32,000 nucleotides of DNA from NCBI RefSeq assembly GCF_000019345.1, contig NC_010503.1, forward strand, positions 210,001-242,000, read 5' to 3'. Of the stretch, positions 27,759 through 32,000 are shown one piece after another. Source of the DNA: Ureaplasma parvum serovar 3 str. ATCC 27815 (GTDB lineage: Bacteria > Bacillota_I > Bacilli_A > Mycoplasmatales > Mycoplasmoidaceae). Below the pieces are notes generated by a model. The model worked only from the letters and a program-made list of their open reading frames with translations. It made no database searches and was not told where the DNA came from. Numbering within the stretch: the stretch's first letter is position 1; each line of letters opens with the position of its first letter. The translations under genes were made by a program, and so were the position numbers.

Positions 27759-28598
27759 ATGAAATTATGTGATAAAGAATATATTTTATCTGTTATTGCT
27801 ACACCAATTGGCAATCTTGAAGAAGTTAGTGAACGTGTTATTAAATGTTTAAATGAAGCTTATGTTATTTTATGTGAAGACACTCGAGTTACAGCTAAGC
27901 TGTTGCATCTATTAAATATTTATGATTACAAAAAATTAATTAGTTATCATAATTTTAATGAAATTCAAAAATTGAATGAAGCGATTAATTATATTAAAAA
28001 ATATCCAACAGCTTTAGTTAGTGATGCAGGCTATCCAACAATTTCAGATCCTGGTTATAAATTAATTAATGAATGTCATCAACAAAATATTGGAATTCAA
28101 GTTATTAATGGTCCCTCAAGTTTGATGCATGCTCTAGTTGCTAGTGGAATGTGTTCGCAAGATTTTATGTTTTTAGGTTTTTTAGGTAAAACGCAAAAAC
28201 AACGTGTTGAAAAACTAAAATTATATAAAAACTTGCAAACAACTTTTGTTATTTATGAAGCTGTGCACCGAATAGAAAAGACTTTAATGGATATATATGA
28301 AATATGAGGAGATATTTTAATTTTTATCGGGCGCGAACTAACAAAAAAAAATGAAAGTCATTATTATGGTTATCTTTCACAACTACCCCCAATTACTGAA
28401 AAAGGAGAGTTTGTAATTGTTATTGATAATAAGATCAATCAAGATGTTATTAAGAATAATAATATTAATGAATGTCTAATTAAAATTAGAGATTTAATGA
28501 AACAAAATTTTAAATTAAAAGATGCTTGTAAAGAAGTTAGTAAATCTTCTAATTTTGATAGTAAAGAATTATATAAATTAATAATTAATCAAAAATAA
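27759..28598 (+). CDS. rsmI: 16S rRNA (cytidine1402-2'-O)-methyltransferase
   Basis: SVIATPIGNLEEVSERV, CEDTRVTAKLL, VSDAGYPTISDPGYKL and GPSSLMHALVASG; 280 codons. Confidence 0.94.
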
Positions 28599-28599
28599 T

Positions 28600-31411
<2,812 letters not shown>

Positions 31412-31498
31412 AATCTTTAATTCTTTGTAATTATTAAAATAATTAAGCTTTTTTTATATAATTTATAAGACTAACATTTAATAGTAGTTGAGGAATTA

Positions 31499-32000
31499 AT
31501 GAGGTTAAGATATAAAATCTTATGCGCTAGCTTAGGAGTGGTTGGTGTTGTTGGTGTTATTGCTGCAATATCAATTGATTATAAACAAATTCCAATTGTT
31601 TATGCAAATGGTAGTTCATCAGTATTACCCTTAATTCAGGCCTTATCTGAAAAACATCATAAACAAGATATTATTTCTAATGCTGGAGGTTCTTCGTTAG
31701 GAATAATTGAAGCTGTTGAACAAAGAACTAATATAGGCGTAAGTTCACGTAGTCCAAATATTGATTTTGAGCAACAAAGTGTTGAAAAAAGTCATGTAGT
31801 TTATGATAAGTGAAAACAAAATCAATTGAAAACTTATACAATTGCTTGAGATGGTATAGGCATTATTTATAAACTCAATAAAACTAATCATGAATTAGTT
31901 TTAACAAAAGACAATATTATTAAATTGTTTAAAGCTTTTACTGGGAATGAACAAGTAAGTTATTATGATCTTGATCCCCAATTACCAAAAACACCAATTT
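31499..32000 (+). CDS. PstS-like phosphate ABC transporter substrate-binding protein (partial, runs off the right edge)
   Basis: MRLRYKILCASLGVVGVVGVIAAISI (TM anchor), then VYANGSSSVLPLIQAL...SNAGGSSLGIIEAVEQRTNIGVSSRS; open to the window end through UGA codons. Confidence 0.82.

Overview
This 32 kb window comes from an AT-rich mollicute chromosome that uses genetic code 4 (UGA = Trp). The supplied ORF track stops at TGA, so it splits nearly every gene. Joining collinear in-frame segments across TGA gives a coherent gene set: a Cys-anchored lipoprotein; a DUF2779-type nuclease; a HAD hydrolase; trpS; an Spx/ArsC-like protein; NAD kinase; a cysteine-less PTS EIIB-like protein; rlmH; a glycolytic cluster (tpiA, gpmI, membrane protein, eno, a pfkA-like gene, pyk); rpoB-rpoC; a short lipoprotein paralog; degV; a YtpR-like tRNA-binding protein; prs; RNase M5; rsmI; rarA; metG; and a partial PstS-like gene. 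The most interesting locus is at the left edge. A 41-bp perfect inverted repeat (104..144 and 823..863) sits inside the coding sequence of the 417..1916 lipoprotein and inside a promoterless, 5'-truncated lipoprotein tail on the opposite strand (1..163). The two copies are in the same reading frame. Inverting the roughly 680-bp intervening segment, which carries the upstream region, RBS, signal peptide and N-terminal head, would fuse the head in frame to the alternative tail. This is a predicted invertible, tail-swapping surface lipoprotein switch. Each arm has an ATAA-TTTAAA-TTAT core that resembles a Xer/dif site. A head-only paralog lies at 24010..24531.
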